64,000 bases of DNA from an uncultured Poribacteria bacterium (GCA_958296135.2 CATQHZ020000001.1:3648001-3712000), one strand, 5' to 3'; shown: positions 29,265 to 40,110, counted from the stretch's first letter. A program made the numbers and translations. Notes: generated by a model not told the origin, from the letters alone.

Positions 29265-30506
29265 ATGCGAATGGCCATACAAACCTATATCAAAGACAAC
29301 CAGCCCGCGCTGTGCGCGCTACTACAAACGCTCGTCAAAATTCCTACCGTCAACCCACCCGGCGATAACTACGCTGAGATTGTGGGACTGCTTGAGGCGA
29401 AGTGTCAGGCATTGGGAATGCAGACGCAGGTAGTCCCTGTGCCGACTGACTACGCGAATGAATTCATCTCCAACGCGGAAAACCATCCGCGCCTCAACCT
29501 CATCGCGCGGTGGGATATCGGTGCTGAAAAAACGGTGCATTTCAATGGACACTACGATGTCGTCCCGGTCGCAGGCGACTGGCGGGTGCCTCCCTTTGGC
29601 GGCGAGATTCACGACGAATGGCTCTACGGCCGCGGGGCCGATGATATGAAGGACTCCATCGCCGCACTGCTGTTTGCAATTCAGGCACTTCAGGAGACAG
29701 GCGCGACACCGAAGTTCAACGTCGAATGCTCGTTCACGTGCGATGAGGAGACAGGCGGCGATTTGGGCGCGGGTTATATCGTCAAACAAGGATTGGTGAA
29801 CGCGGATTACGTCGTCAATTGCGAGGGCGGCGGCGGCATGAACATCGGCAATGGACATAACGGCGTGCTCTGGCTCGACATCGCCGTGAAGGGCAAGGCA
29901 GCGCACGGCTCTCAGCCGCATAAAGGGATAAATGCCTTTGAGAAGACAGCAGAACTGGTAGCGGCGTTGCAACGACTCAAGCGTGATTTAGCATCGCCAA
30001 CGCGCGCATTCACGCTAGCCGATGGCTCAAAACGGCACCCCACCCTCAACATCGGCGGCACTTTTCGAGGGACGGAAGGCGATAAAATCAACACGGTGCC
30101 AGCACACGTCACGTTCTCAATTGACAGGCGGATTACGCCGACAGAAACGCTAAGATTCGCCGAACTCGAATTGCGAGACACGCTCTCAACCGCATGCGAA
30201 TACTACGAAGAACTGAACACCGACACCCAAACGCTCTTGCAAATCGAACCGTGCTTAACCGATGAAAAATCGATGTTCGCGCAAGCCTTTGCAAAAGTGG
30301 TGCAGGCAGTCCGCTTCAATAAACCTCAATTTAAACCCACAACCGGGTTCACCGACCTCCATTTCTTCGTGAACAGTGGGTTGCAGGGTATCGGTTACGG
30401 CCCCCGCGGAGAAGGCGGACATGCGATAGACGAACGCGTGCATATCCCAGACCTGGTGCGGACAGCAACGATTTACGCAACCTTCATGTCGCGCGCTGAA
30501 TTTTAG
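29265..30506 (+). CDS. M20 family metallopeptidase (ArgE/DapE-like)
   Basis: FNGHYDVVP, YGRGADDMK, DEETG, GKAAHGS, GFTD, HAIDE. Confidence 0.9.
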   Translation: MRMAIQTYIKDNQPALCALLQTLVKIPTVNPPGDNYAEIVGLLEAKCQALGMQTQVVPVPTDYANEFISNAENHPRLNLIARWDIGAEKTVHFNGHYDVVPVAGDWRVPPFGGEIHDEWLYGRGADDMKDSIAALLFAIQALQETGATPKFNVECSFTCDEETGGDLGAGYIVKQGLVNADYVVNCEGGGGMNIGNGHNGVLWLDIAVKGKAAHGSQPHKGINAFEKTAELVAALQRLKRDLASPTRAFTLADGSKRHPTLNIGGTFRGTEGDKINTVPAHVTFSIDRRITPTETLRFAELELRDTLSTACEYYEELNTDTQTLLQIEPCLTDEKSMFAQAFAKVVQAVRFNKPQFKPTTGFTDLHFFVNSGLQGIGYGPRGEGGHAIDERVHIPDLVRTATIYATFMSRAEF

Positions 30507-30520
30507 GGAGAAAAAAACCC

Positions 30521-32400
30521 ATGCCCTTTGAGAAATTCCAAACGGCGACGCTCACACCGGATGCCGAACGATTCCGACAACTCAAACAACTCTTCCCCGA
30601 CTGCGTCACCGAAGGAAAAGTCGATCTGGAAAAACTTAACCGATTACTACATATTCATGAGGGGGGGGGGTAAACCAAGAAGGCGAAAGATACCGCTTCA
30701 CGTGGGCGGGTAAGCACGATGCGCTTCGTCTGCTTAACCTGCCGACAGAGGCAACGTTAAAACCGTGCCGCGCCGCCTCCCTCAATTTTGACGAATCCCA
30801 AAACCTCTTCATTGAAGGCGATAACCTTGAGGTGCTGAAACTCCTCTACAAACCTTACTTTGGGCGCATCAAGGTTATCTACACCGATCCGCCTTACAAC
30901 ACCGGCAACGACTTCGTCTATCCGGACAACTATGCGAAGCCGTTGGATACCTACCTGCAACTATCGGGGCAAATCGATGCCGAAGGCAACTTCCAGACGA
31001 GTAACCCTGAGACAAGCGGCCGTTACCACTCGGCGTGGTTGTCGATGATGTATCCGCGGCTCTTCCTCGCGCGACAGTTGCTCACGGAAGATGGCATCAT
31101 CTTCGTCAGTATCGATGACCGGGAAGTTTACAACCTCCGCCTCCTGATGAACGAGATTTTTGGCGAGGAGAACTGCCTGCAACAATTGGTGTGGCAGCGG
31201 CACGCAGGCGGCGGGAATGACGCGCGGCATTTTGCGACGGACCACGAGTATCTCCTCGTCTACGCGAAAAATCTGAACGCAATTGACAGGCTCAGACGGC
31301 CACTCACTGATAAAGAGAAAGCAGGTTACACGGAGAAGGACGAACACTATGCAACCCGCGGTCCGTATAAAACCAGCATTTTCTTGGCAATGCGTCCTGA
31401 TAACCCTGCGCCCGGTTTACGTTACGAGATCGCGTGTCCTGATGGCACGAAGGTTTTGAATGAGTGGAAACAAAAGGAATCGCGCTTTCTGCAGGCGAAA
31501 AGTGAAGACCGGATTGTTTTCAAGCAGAACCGCAAAGGCGAGTGGCGCGTGGAGTATAAACTCTATCTCAACGAAGCGATGCGGGTACCACGCAGTCTGT
31601 TATCAAAAGTAGAACAGAATAGTAAAGGCAGAGCCCAGCTTCGCGAACTTTTCAACAGAGATGGCATTTTCTCTAACCCGAAACCAGTCGGCTTAATCAA
31701 GCACCTGCTCCAATTCAGCACCAGTCGCAATTCGATCGTCTTAGATTTCTTCGCGGGTTCCTGCACGACAGCGCAGGCGGTGCTGGCCCTCAATCGTGAA
31801 GATTCGGGCAGGCGGCAGTTTATCATGGTGCAATTGCCGGAACAGACACCCGAAAAATCGGCGGCACGCGAAGCGGGGTTTGAAACCATCGCCGAAATCG
31901 GCAAGGAGCGGATTCGGCGCGTTTGTGAGAGCATGCCGGCATTGGCTGGCGGTGACTGCGGCTTCCGCGTCTTCACCCTTACCGAATCTCATTTCTGTCA
32001 GGAGGAGCGTCTGCCAGCGGAGGATCTCCAGACTTACATCGCCCAGTTGGAGAGCACCGTGGACCCGCTCCGTGAGGGGTGGAGAGAGGTGGATGTGCTT
32101 TATGAAGTGGCACTTAAGGAGGGATACCCCCTTGACAGCACGATTGAGAAGGTGGCGGGCCTAGAGATGAACACGGTTTTTTGCATTACCGCGGAGTTAG
32201 GACAAGATGCACGCTTGCAAAGCGCACCTACCGCAGACCGGCGGCGAATGTTCTATTTGTGTTTAGACGCGGAACTCTTGGCTGAGGATGTCGCGCGTTT
32301 GGGGTTATCCAAAGAGTCAGTGTTTATTTGTCGTGATGTTGCGTTAACGGATACGCTTGCGGCGAATCTCGCGTTGCAGTGCTGCCTCAAAACGCTCTAG
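30521..32400 (+). CDS. mod: Type III R-M Mod-like DNA methyltransferase, frame broken at a G10 tract (30661-30670)
   Basis: ATG 30521 gives MPFEK...LKQLFPDCVTEGKVD, then G10 puts TAA in frame. G11 or G8 would join it to ERYRFTWAGK...NLFIEGDNLEVLK...DPPYNTG...DFFAGS. No res gene adjacent. Confidence 0.88.
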
Positions 32401-32409
32401 TCTCCAACG

Positions 32410-32712
32410 ATGAACAAGCAATTCCAACGACATATTGAAAACTTCACGTGCGGAAATTGTGGCGCGTTCGTTGAAGGAAACGGCTACACCAACCACTGTC
32501 CTGAATGCCTCTGGAGCCGGCACGTTGATGTCAACCCCGGCGACCGGGGGGAAACCTGTCGCGGGATGATGGAGCCCATCGCAGTCCTCCAAAAGCAGGG
32601 TGCTTATATCCTGAATCACCGCTGCATCAAGTGTGGGGTTGAAAAGCGGAACAAAACGTCAGCAGTTGACGATTTTGATGCCATCCTCCGAGTCGTAGCG
32701 GGAGGCATCTAG
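32410..32712 (+). CDS. RNHCP domain protein
   Basis: FTCGNCG...YTNHCPECLWSRHVD..PGDR...C.G.MEP...HRCIKCG. Confidence 0.85.
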   Translation: MNKQFQRHIENFTCGNCGAFVEGNGYTNHCPECLWSRHVDVNPGDRGETCRGMMEPIAVLQKQGAYILNHRCIKCGVEKRNKTSAVDDFDAILRVVAGGI

Positions 32713-33497
32713 TTATCCGATGCAGACTTGCGCACGAGTGCCGCCTGTTTTGCTAGCCGTTTTGCTGCCGCTATCTGTTCCATGATTTGCGCGTTTGACC
32801 AGGAGACAGCGACGAGATAGCGCGCTGCTTCGGGAGTGTTTAGCGTTTCAACGCCGAGTGCAACCTGCAGCCCGCTTGTAGCAGTATGCCTGATGCCCGC
32901 ATTCACTCCGCTGCCATCAAATTCGAGGTGCAGCGCGATATCACCTCTTGCGAAAGCCGGATGGAATTCCGTGCGGATCCCTACAAACAGCCCGATACCC
33001 CGGTCTTCGGCCGCAAAACGCCCGCGGCCGATGCCGATATGGCCAGAAATAAGGTGAATCCTCGGCAGATTGAACGTCTTGCTGACAGCGAGAAATTCGG
33101 AACGTGCAGTTTGAGAAAAATCGGTTTCCGCTACCGAACGCAGGAGGTTCTCAACGCCTATCGCCACGCTGGGGATTCCGCCTGATTCCTTTAAGAGTTG
33201 CGCTTTCAGGTGCGCCAACACACCGGTAGTCTCGCTTTGGTGAGATAACCCCATCTCCACCCTATCAAACATGCCGAAGTTGAGGCGAAGCGCGACAGCG
33301 TTAATTTCCCGCGCGCGCGCAGCCTGTGCATTTTCAAACGCGATGGCCGTTCCCGCACCGAATATGCCGTGTTGAAGCACAGTGCCGGTTGGCACATCCA
33401 TCAAGCCGCTCTCGGTAAACAGTTCGCCGTTAACGGCGTTCGGCAGCATGAGGAGCGCGATTAGCATGAGCCAACATCCGCTTTTGCGAAGCATCAT
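32709..33497 (-). CDS. Exported protein, YjbH-like beta-strand-rich
   Basis: Signal peptide, SGLMDVPT, PSVAIG, alternating beta-strand pattern. Confidence 0.55.
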   Translation of the reverse strand: MMLRKSGCWLMLIALLMLPNAVNGELFTESGLMDVPTGTVLQHGIFGAGTAIAFENAQAARAREINAVALRLNFGMFDRVEMGLSHQSETTGVLAHLKAQLLKESGGIPSVAIGVENLLRSVAETDFSQTARSEFLAVSKTFNLPRIHLISGHIGIGRGRFAAEDRGIGLFVGIRTEFHPAFARGDIALHLEFDGSGVNAGIRHTATSGLQVALGVETLNTPEAARYLVAVSWSNAQIMEQIAAAKRLAKQAALVRKSASDN

Positions 33498-34186
33498 GAA
33501 TTTTTCTCCATATAACGGAGACCGGCAGCAGCTCCGACGATAACCTTATCGGCGCGATTGACGAAAAGCCCGTTTTCTACCACACCGGGGATGTTGTTGA
33601 GTGCGCCTTCAACCTTCGCCGGTTCCGTAATCCCGCCAACTGGACTGAAATCACAATCGAGAATATAGTTTCCGTTATCGGTGACGAGTGGGTGCTCGTC
33701 TCCGCCGCGCAAGATAGAGTGCCCACAGAGTTGATTGACTGCTCGCTGCGTCGCCTCCCATCCGAATTGGACAATCTCCACGGGAAGCGGATAGGTAGTG
33801 CCGAGGCACCGCGCGCATTTGCTCTCATCAACGACAATCAGGATACGTTGAGAGACGTTGGCGATAATCTTTTCCCGCACTAACGCCGCACCGCCGCCTT
33901 TGATAAGGTTGAGGTGAAGATCTGCCTCGTCTGCACCGTCAATCGTCAGGTTGATTGTGGGGTGCGCTGTCAGTGTTGAAAGCGGAATACCCTGCGCCGT
34001 GGCTATTCTTTCCGTGCCTTCGGACGTAGGGATGCCGACGATGTCCAAGCCGGCTCTCACCAAAGTACCGATTTTCAGGAGAGCGTAATAGACAGTAGAA
34101 CCGGTGCCTAAGCCGACTACCATCCCGGGGCGGATTTCTTCAGTGGCTTTTTCTGCTGCGATTTTTTTGAGGTGTTGGGTGTTCAT
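33494..34186 (-). CDS. rpiA: Ribose-5-phosphate isomerase A
   Basis: GLGTGST, DGADE, IKGGGAALVREKI, TDNGN, PGVVENGLF; probable start MNTQH. Confidence 0.96.
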   Translation of the reverse strand: MNTQHLKKIAAEKATEEIRPGMVVGLGTGSTVYYALLKIGTLVRAGLDIVGIPTSEGTERIATAQGIPLSTLTAHPTINLTIDGADEADLHLNLIKGGGAALVREKIIANVSQRILIVVDESKCARCLGTTYPLPVEIVQFGWEATQRAVNQLCGHSILRGGDEHPLVTDNGNYILDCDFSPVGGITEPAKVEGALNNIPGVVENGLFVNRADKVIVGAAAGLRYMEKNS

Positions 34187-34238
34187 AACGGAAAAAAGTG
34201 TATCAGAAATCTGTTTTGCAATCAAGGAAAATTTAAGT

Positions 34239-34267
34239 TTGACATTTTTTGCAGGTTATGATATAAT
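34239..34267 (+). promoter_or_regulatory. Consensus sigma70 promoter
   Basis: TTGACA-17 nt-TATAAT with an extended TG. Confidence 0.75.
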
Positions 34268-34374
34268 GCATTGTGTCATTGCAAATCGCGTTTTTAACCA
34301 GACACAATGCCTGTCAAAACTCAAAAAAACGGCGGGTTTCAAGATTCGCCTCACTCCAATCAAAGGAACGAGAA

Positions 34375-35436
34375 ATGGATTTCAGTTTATTCTCATTTAA
34401 TGTTGTAGATATCGGGCTACTGAGCATAGGGATAGTCGCCTGGTGGCGGCAGAAAACTCGGACTAACCGAATAGAAAAAGAATTGAAAGAGTCCGAAGAG
34501 CAGCGCCAGACCGAGAAGGTAGCATACGAAACCTTTAAGGCGGAATCGGAGCAGCGGTATCGCGACCTGCAGAGCACGTCCGACCGGCGCTATACCACCC
34601 TGAAAGGAGAACATGATACCTTGAAAGGAGAACATGACATCCTGAAAGGGGAGCATGACACCCTGCAACGAGAGCATAACATTTTGCAAGGGGAGCATGA
34701 CACCCTGAAGGTCGCGCACGAAACGCTGAAGGAAGAATCGGAGAAGCGGTACCGCGACCTACAGAGCATGTCCGACCGGCGCTATACCGCCCTTCAGGAC
34801 GAAAATCGCGCGCTTCGTGAAAAGTATGACACCTTATCGGCGGAATACAGCACGTTAAAAGCGGAACACGAAACGCTGACGACAGAGCACGCCGCGCTCA
34901 AGGATGGATATGCCGCCTTAACAGCAGCACATGCCGCGCTCAAGGATGGACACGCCACCTTGACGGCAGCACATGCCGCCTTAACAGCAGCATATACCGC
35001 ACTCAAGGATGGACACGCCACCTTGACGGCAGCACATGCCGCCTTAACGGTAGAACATGCCGCGCTTAAGGATGGACATGCCGCCTTGACAGCAGCATAT
35101 ACCACGCTCAAGGACAGCCACGCCGCGCTGACCAAGCGGCAGACTGCGCTGCAGGAAGAACACGTCTCGCTGAAGGCGGAACACATCGCCTTGACGAAAA
35201 CACACGACACGCTGATGGCAGAACACCAAACCCTTCAGGCAGAAAACGAAGTCTTCCGCAAGGAGGTTTCTAGCCTTTCTGTCGTGGTAAACGTGCTTGA
35301 GAAAGACAACAAAATGCTCAGAACCAAATTGGAGAACTTGACAGGTAGGTATGAAGAGCTCCACGAGACACTGGATCCTCTCGTTAAGGCATTGATGAAG
35401 GTGCACGTCAAGGAAGAGGACACCGAGCACGAATAG
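34375..35436 (+). CDS. Membrane-anchored coiled-coil protein with His-containing heptad tandem repeats
   Basis: N-terminal TM; 21-nt tandem repeats encoding TLKGEHD, ALTAAHA and ALKDGHA; AAGGA RBS. Confidence 0.8.
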   Translation: MDFSLFSFNVVDIGLLSIGIVAWWRQKTRTNRIEKELKESEEQRQTEKVAYETFKAESEQRYRDLQSTSDRRYTTLKGEHDTLKGEHDILKGEHDTLQREHNILQGEHDTLKVAHETLKEESEKRYRDLQSMSDRRYTALQDENRALREKYDTLSAEYSTLKAEHETLTTEHAALKDGYAALTAAHAALKDGHATLTAAHAALTAAYTALKDGHATLTAAHAALTVEHAALKDGHAALTAAYTTLKDSHAALTKRQTALQEEHVSLKAEHIALTKTHDTLMAEHQTLQAENEVFRKEVSSLSVVVNVLEKDNKMLRTKLENLTGRYEELHETLDPLVKALMKVHVKEEDTEHE

Positions 35437-35451
35437 GAGGGCAAACACACA

Positions 35452-36753
35452 TTGCACAAGCAGAATCGCAAAACTCTCATCGAAAAAATGGGACCGCGGA
35501 GCGTCGCCATCTTCGCCAGCGCGCCGCCCGCGATGCGCAACCACGACACGGAACACCTCTATCGCCCGGACCCGAATTTTTACTACCTCACCGGGTTTGA
35601 AGAGCCAGAAGCAATCTGCGTTCTCGCGCCGGAACACCCGAAGCATCAATACATCCTCTTCGTGCGCCCCAAAGACAAGAAGGCGGAAACCTGGAGCGGA
35701 AAGCGCATCGGTGTCAAAGACGCGCGGCGGCACTACGGCGCAGATAGAGCCTATCCCATCGATACATTCAGCGAGAAGATTGGGGAATACCTGAAAAATG
35801 CAGACACACTTTACTACGCACTCGGAGCTAACGACGAAGTTGACAGCGAAATCCTCCATCTTTTCACACGTTCGGTGAAGGGACGCATCCGCTCTGGCAA
35901 AGGGTTGGATACGCTCACGGATCCGAGTCCTATTCTCGCCGAATCGCGCCTCATCAAAAACGAGGAAGAACTGCGACGCATCCGGAAGGCGACAGAAGTC
36001 ACGGTAGCAGGACACTTGGCAGCGATGCAGGCGGTTCGCCCCGGGATGTATGAATACGAATTGGAGGCGGTCGTTGAGTCAACGTTCCGCAAGAGCGGCG
36101 CGAACGGCACAGCGTTCCCCACTATCGTCGCAAGCGGCGCGAATGCCACAACGCTCCACTACACGCCCAATAACTGCCAGATCGAAGCGGACGCGCTTGT
36201 CCTGATTGACGCGGGCGCGGAATGCGAACGTTACTGCGGCGACGTGACGCGCACCTTCCCCGCCAACGGCACGTTTACTGACGCGCAACGGGACATCTAT
36301 CAACTGGTGCTCGAGGCGCACCACGCTATTATTGACTGCATTCGTCCCGGTGTCTCGATTGACGAACCGCACCAAAAATCGATTGAGCTTTTGATGGACG
36401 GTATGCGCCGCCTCGGCCTCTTAAGGGGGAAAAAAAAGAAATTGATGAAGAAAAAGGCTTACGAAGAGTTTTACATGTATCGGGTCGGGCACATGCTCGG
36501 CTTGGATGTGCATGATGTCAATTGTGTCCACGAACCGAACGGCGACTTCAAAACCTTCCAACCGGGGATGGTAATGACAATAGAACCGGGCATCTACGTC
36601 GCGGCGGATACGAAGGGTGTCCCGCCAGCCTACCTCGGCATCGGCGTGCGCATTGAGGACGATATCCTCGTCACCGAATCGGGGTGCGAAGTTTTGACAG
36701 ACAGCGTCCCGAAGGAGATTGATGAAGTTGAGGAATTCGTGCGGGGCGCGTGA
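35452..36753 (+). CDS. pepP: Xaa-Pro aminopeptidase P
   Basis: FYYLTGFEEP, IDAG, DVTRTFP, GHMLGLDVHD, TIEPG, GVRIEDD. Confidence 0.93.
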   Translation: MHKQNRKTLIEKMGPRSVAIFASAPPAMRNHDTEHLYRPDPNFYYLTGFEEPEAICVLAPEHPKHQYILFVRPKDKKAETWSGKRIGVKDARRHYGADRAYPIDTFSEKIGEYLKNADTLYYALGANDEVDSEILHLFTRSVKGRIRSGKGLDTLTDPSPILAESRLIKNEEELRRIRKATEVTVAGHLAAMQAVRPGMYEYELEAVVESTFRKSGANGTAFPTIVASGANATTLHYTPNNCQIEADALVLIDAGAECERYCGDVTRTFPANGTFTDAQRDIYQLVLEAHHAIIDCIRPGVSIDEPHQKSIELLMDGMRRLGLLRGKKKKLMKKKAYEEFYMYRVGHMLGLDVHDVNCVHEPNGDFKTFQPGMVMTIEPGIYVAADTKGVPPAYLGIGVRIEDDILVTESGCEVLTDSVPKEIDEVEEFVRGA

Positions 36754-36754
36754 T

Positions 36755-39700
36755 ATGCAACGTGAAGGAGCCCAGACGCAGGAGGTATCTCACCCTTTTA
36801 GTGCGGATGCCAATGTGGTGCGACTTGTTGCCGAAGCGCATCGGCTTCGGCACGCCTATTTGTTCAATCCGATTTTTGCGACAGAGACATCGCTAATCGA
36901 CTTGCTGCCGCATCAATTCATCGCCGTATACCGCCATCTTCTGAAACATTCTCCCCTGCGCTTCCTCTTAGCTGACGATGCCGGTGCTGGAAAAACCATC
37001 ATGACCGGGCTCTATATCCAAGAACTGCTTCTGCGGCGGCAAGCAGAACGGGTGCTGATTGTCCCGCCCGCCGGCCTCATCGGCAACTGGGAGCGCGAAC
37101 TGCGAGTCTGTTTCCGCCTCCCATTTCGCATTCTGTCCAGTGCTGACGCGACAAATACAAATCCGTTCGTCCACCCCGAAAATCGCCTCGCCATTGTCAG
37201 CCTGGATACGCTGCGGCAGGAACGGATGCAGGAACACCTCTTTGACGCGCCGCCTTACGATTTAGTCGTGTTCGACGAAGCGCATAAACTCGCCGCACGC
37301 CGAGAGACGGATGGAGCAGTAACGAAATCGAAGCGATACCAACTCGCCGAGCGGATTGCCGCGGCGGCAGGAAAGAGCCTCTTACTACTCACCGCAACGC
37401 CGCACATGGGAAAAGACGATGCTTACTATTTCCTCTGGCGGCTGCTTTTGCCCGAACACCTCGCCGCACAAAAGACGTTTGAACAAATGTCTGAGGCGAA
37501 AAAATCGCAGCACCTCCTCCGCAGGATGAAGGAGGAAATGATTAGTTTTGAGGGGAAGTTAATATATCCGACGCGGCGGAGCCAGACAATCGCCTATCCG
37601 CTTAAGACAGGAGAAATGAGCGAACAGTCGCTATACGAACAGGTCACGGCGTATTGTGAAACCTACTTTGACCTGGCAGGCCAGTACAACCGCTCTGCCG
37701 CAAAAATGGCGATGATGGTGCTGCAACGCAGGCTTGCCAGTTCAACCTTCGCGCTGTTGCAAAGCCTTATCCGACGCAAGGAAAAACTTCAGACAACGCT
37801 TCGCGAACTCCGACAGGGAGGCCTGTCCATCGAACAATTCGGAAAATCGCAAACGGAACTGCCAGATAGTGACATCCGAGATGAGAAAACGGGGGACGAG
37901 GAGGAAGCCGTGGATGGCCAGGAAGAGGCTGAACGGGTTGATGAGCGGCTGGCTGCGGCGACAACCGCGCACTCCGCCTCAGATTTGGAAGCGGAGATTC
38001 ACCACGTCCATGAACTCACCGAACTCGCGAAGACGGTTTACGCACTGAAAGCCGAAAGTAAGTTTGAGAATTTGTGGACAGCACTGAAGGAATATCCAGA
38101 TACAAAAGTCCTGATTTTCACTGAACACCGCGACACGCTCAATTTTGTTACCGGACGATTGGAGGCGTTGGGATTTACCGACAGAATCGCGCAAATCCAC
38201 GGCGGTATGAAATACCACGAACGCGAAGAACAGGTAGAATTTTTCCGCGACCCGGGCGGGGCCCAATACCTCATCGCAACCGATGCAGCTGGCGAAGGAA
38301 TCAACCTCCAATTCTGTTGGTTGATGGTAAACTACGACATTCCGTGGAACCCTGCCCGGCTCGAACAACGAATGGGACGCATCCATCGCTACAAACAAAA
38401 GCATCCCGTCGTTATGCTGAACCTCGTCGCGCAAGATACTCGTGAAGGCCGCGTCTTGAAGGTGCTGCTGGAGAAACTGGAGCAGATGCGTCAAGAACTG
38501 AGCGACGATAAAGTTTTCGATGTCATCGGACAGCAATTCAGCGACATCTCGCTATCCCAACTCATCACGCAAGCCATCACGCAGGACGAGACCGGGGCAT
38601 CCATCCAGACTATCAACACACAGTTCACGCTGGAAAATCTCAAAAATCAGCTGGACGCACGGCAAAAATCGGTCCCGGCTAGCGAAGTCAGGCGTTTATT
38701 GGCGAACGTTCAGGCGCAGCGTGAATCCGCCGAAACGTCCCGCATGATGCCCGCTTATGTACGCGGCTTTTTTGAAGATGCCGCCCCGATGCTAGGGTAC
38801 CGAACTGAGGGGAAAATCGACAGGACTTTTAAACTCGCCGCGTGCCCAACATCCGTGCAGGAAGCACTCAATACCTACTCGCCAGCCCTGCGCGCCCGGT
38901 TAACCTTCTCACGCGAACTCGCGATACCTACAGGCGTTGCGCAACCGCAGGCAATCTTTCTGCACCCGGGAGAACCAATCTTTGAAGCAATGTTAACCGA
39001 CTTCTTGGAAAAGTTTGCCACCGAAGGCGACCGGGGTGCAGTTTACACCGACCGGCAGGCAGACGAACCCTACCTCTTTTATCTCGCGAGAGTGCCTATC
39101 CTCCAAGCCGCTCACGTCATTGACGAGGGAGTTACCGGGGTGAAACGATTCGCAGACGGCCGATGCGAACCCGCACCAGCCCATCTCTTGTTGACACTCA
39201 CACCGCAGACAGAAAACGCCAAGGCTTTCTTCACTGATGCGCTGTCATTGCTTCCACTTGCAGACGAGGCGCAACCCGTTAAAACCTTCGTCACGGAACA
39301 CTTTGGCAAACCCAAGGTTGCTGCCACCCGCAAGGCACTTCAGTCTGAATTAGCAGCCAAGAAAAGCCAAATCCGAATCTCTTTTAACTTGAGGAAGGGC
39401 GAACTTCTCAAACAGCGGCGCGAGTTTCAAAAGGCTGTCGCTAACGAGATTCCAGCGGCGCAAACGAAACTGAACACCTGTGAACGCGAACTGGATGCAA
39501 TTCCGACAAAACGCAAGGCGGCAGAAGCAAAACTCACAGCGGAAATTGAGGATATCCAACCGGGCGACGTAACCCTCTACGTCCGCGCACTCGTCACACC
39601 ACCCCCAATTGACGACGCGCTGCCGACGAAGACGCTCCGAGATGCAGAGGAAATTGCACTCCAAACCGTTATCAACTATGAACGTCAGCACGGGGCCCAG

Positions 39701-40012
39701 GTGGAAGATGTCTCCAATCCGCACCTCAAAAACGGGTTCGACCTCCTCTCCAAACATCCCAGCGGCGAAATCCGTTACATTGAGGTGAAAGGCCGCACCG
39801 GCGTGGCAAGTGTCGAATTAACCGCAAACGAATGGCTACAGGCGATAAATCACAGATGCCGATACTGGCTCTACACCGTCTATCATTGCGACACCAACCC
39901 GCAGCTCTACCGATGCCAAGACCCGGCTGCAAAACTCATCGCCAAATCCAAGATGAGCGTCACAATCAACGCCAGCGACATCCTGCAAAAATCAGAACCG
40001 CTCCCCTTGTAG
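36755..40012 (+). CDS. SNF2-family helicase with C-terminal DUF3883/NOV_C PD-(D/E)XK domain
   Basis: LADDAGAGKT, DEAH, TATPH, EGINLQ, QRMGRIHR; C-terminal GFDLLS...YIEVKG...LTANEW. Confidence 0.9.
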   Translation: MQREGAQTQEVSHPFSADANVVRLVAEAHRLRHAYLFNPIFATETSLIDLLPHQFIAVYRHLLKHSPLRFLLADDAGAGKTIMTGLYIQELLLRRQAERVLIVPPAGLIGNWERELRVCFRLPFRILSSADATNTNPFVHPENRLAIVSLDTLRQERMQEHLFDAPPYDLVVFDEAHKLAARRETDGAVTKSKRYQLAERIAAAAGKSLLLLTATPHMGKDDAYYFLWRLLLPEHLAAQKTFEQMSEAKKSQHLLRRMKEEMISFEGKLIYPTRRSQTIAYPLKTGEMSEQSLYEQVTAYCETYFDLAGQYNRSAAKMAMMVLQRRLASSTFALLQSLIRRKEKLQTTLRELRQGGLSIEQFGKSQTELPDSDIRDEKTGDEEEAVDGQEEAERVDERLAAATTAHSASDLEAEIHHVHELTELAKTVYALKAESKFENLWTALKEYPDTKVLIFTEHRDTLNFVTGRLEALGFTDRIAQIHGGMKYHEREEQVEFFRDPGGAQYLIATDAAGEGINLQFCWLMVNYDIPWNPARLEQRMGRIHRYKQKHPVVMLNLVAQDTREGRVLKVLLEKLEQMRQELSDDKVFDVIGQQFSDISLSQLITQAITQDETGASIQTINTQFTLENLKNQLDARQKSVPASEVRRLLANVQAQRESAETSRMMPAYVRGFFEDAAPMLGYRTEGKIDRTFKLAACPTSVQEALNTYSPALRARLTFSRELAIPTGVAQPQAIFLHPGEPIFEAMLTDFLEKFATEGDRGAVYTDRQADEPYLFYLARVPILQAAHVIDEGVTGVKRFADGRCEPAPAHLLLTLTPQTENAKAFFTDALSLLPLADEAQPVKTFVTEHFGKPKVAATRKALQSELAAKKSQIRISFNLRKGELLKQRREFQKAVANEIPAAQTKLNTCERELDAIPTKRKAAEAKLTAEIEDIQPGDVTLYVRALVTPPPIDDALPTKTLRDAEEIALQTVINYERQHGAQVEDVSNPHLKNGFDLLSKHPSGEIRYIEVKGRTGVASVELTANEWLQAINHRCRYWLYTVYHCDTNPQLYRCQDPAAKLIAKSKMSVTINASDILQKSEPLPL

Positions 40013-40110
40013 GAGAGACCTCGGGTCCCGCCTACCATCCCGCCTGTAGGAGAGACCTCCCGCGTCTCGATTCCCCTTCCCCTGTAGGCGAAACCTCCCG
40101 CGTCTCAACT
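40009..40110. repeat. Cluster of GTAGGAGAGACCTC...TCTCGA REP-like palindromes
   Basis: Three copies here, with further clusters at ~43106-43195 and ~46951-47010. Confidence 0.75.

Noticed and set aside
30528-30713. 61-aa ORF upstream of the annotated Mod ORF
   Set aside because: Wrong frame; the region is the true Mod N-terminus beginning at ATG 30521.
34597-35240. 21-nt tandem repeats as a CRISPR or non-coding repeat
   Set aside because: No spacers; the repeats are in frame and encode heptads of a coiled-coil protein.
35044-36015. 323-aa antisense ORF, and similar long shadows such as 49490-50494 and 12661-13362
   Set aside because: Antisense to well-supported genes; expected in GC-rich coding DNA; no motifs or RBS.
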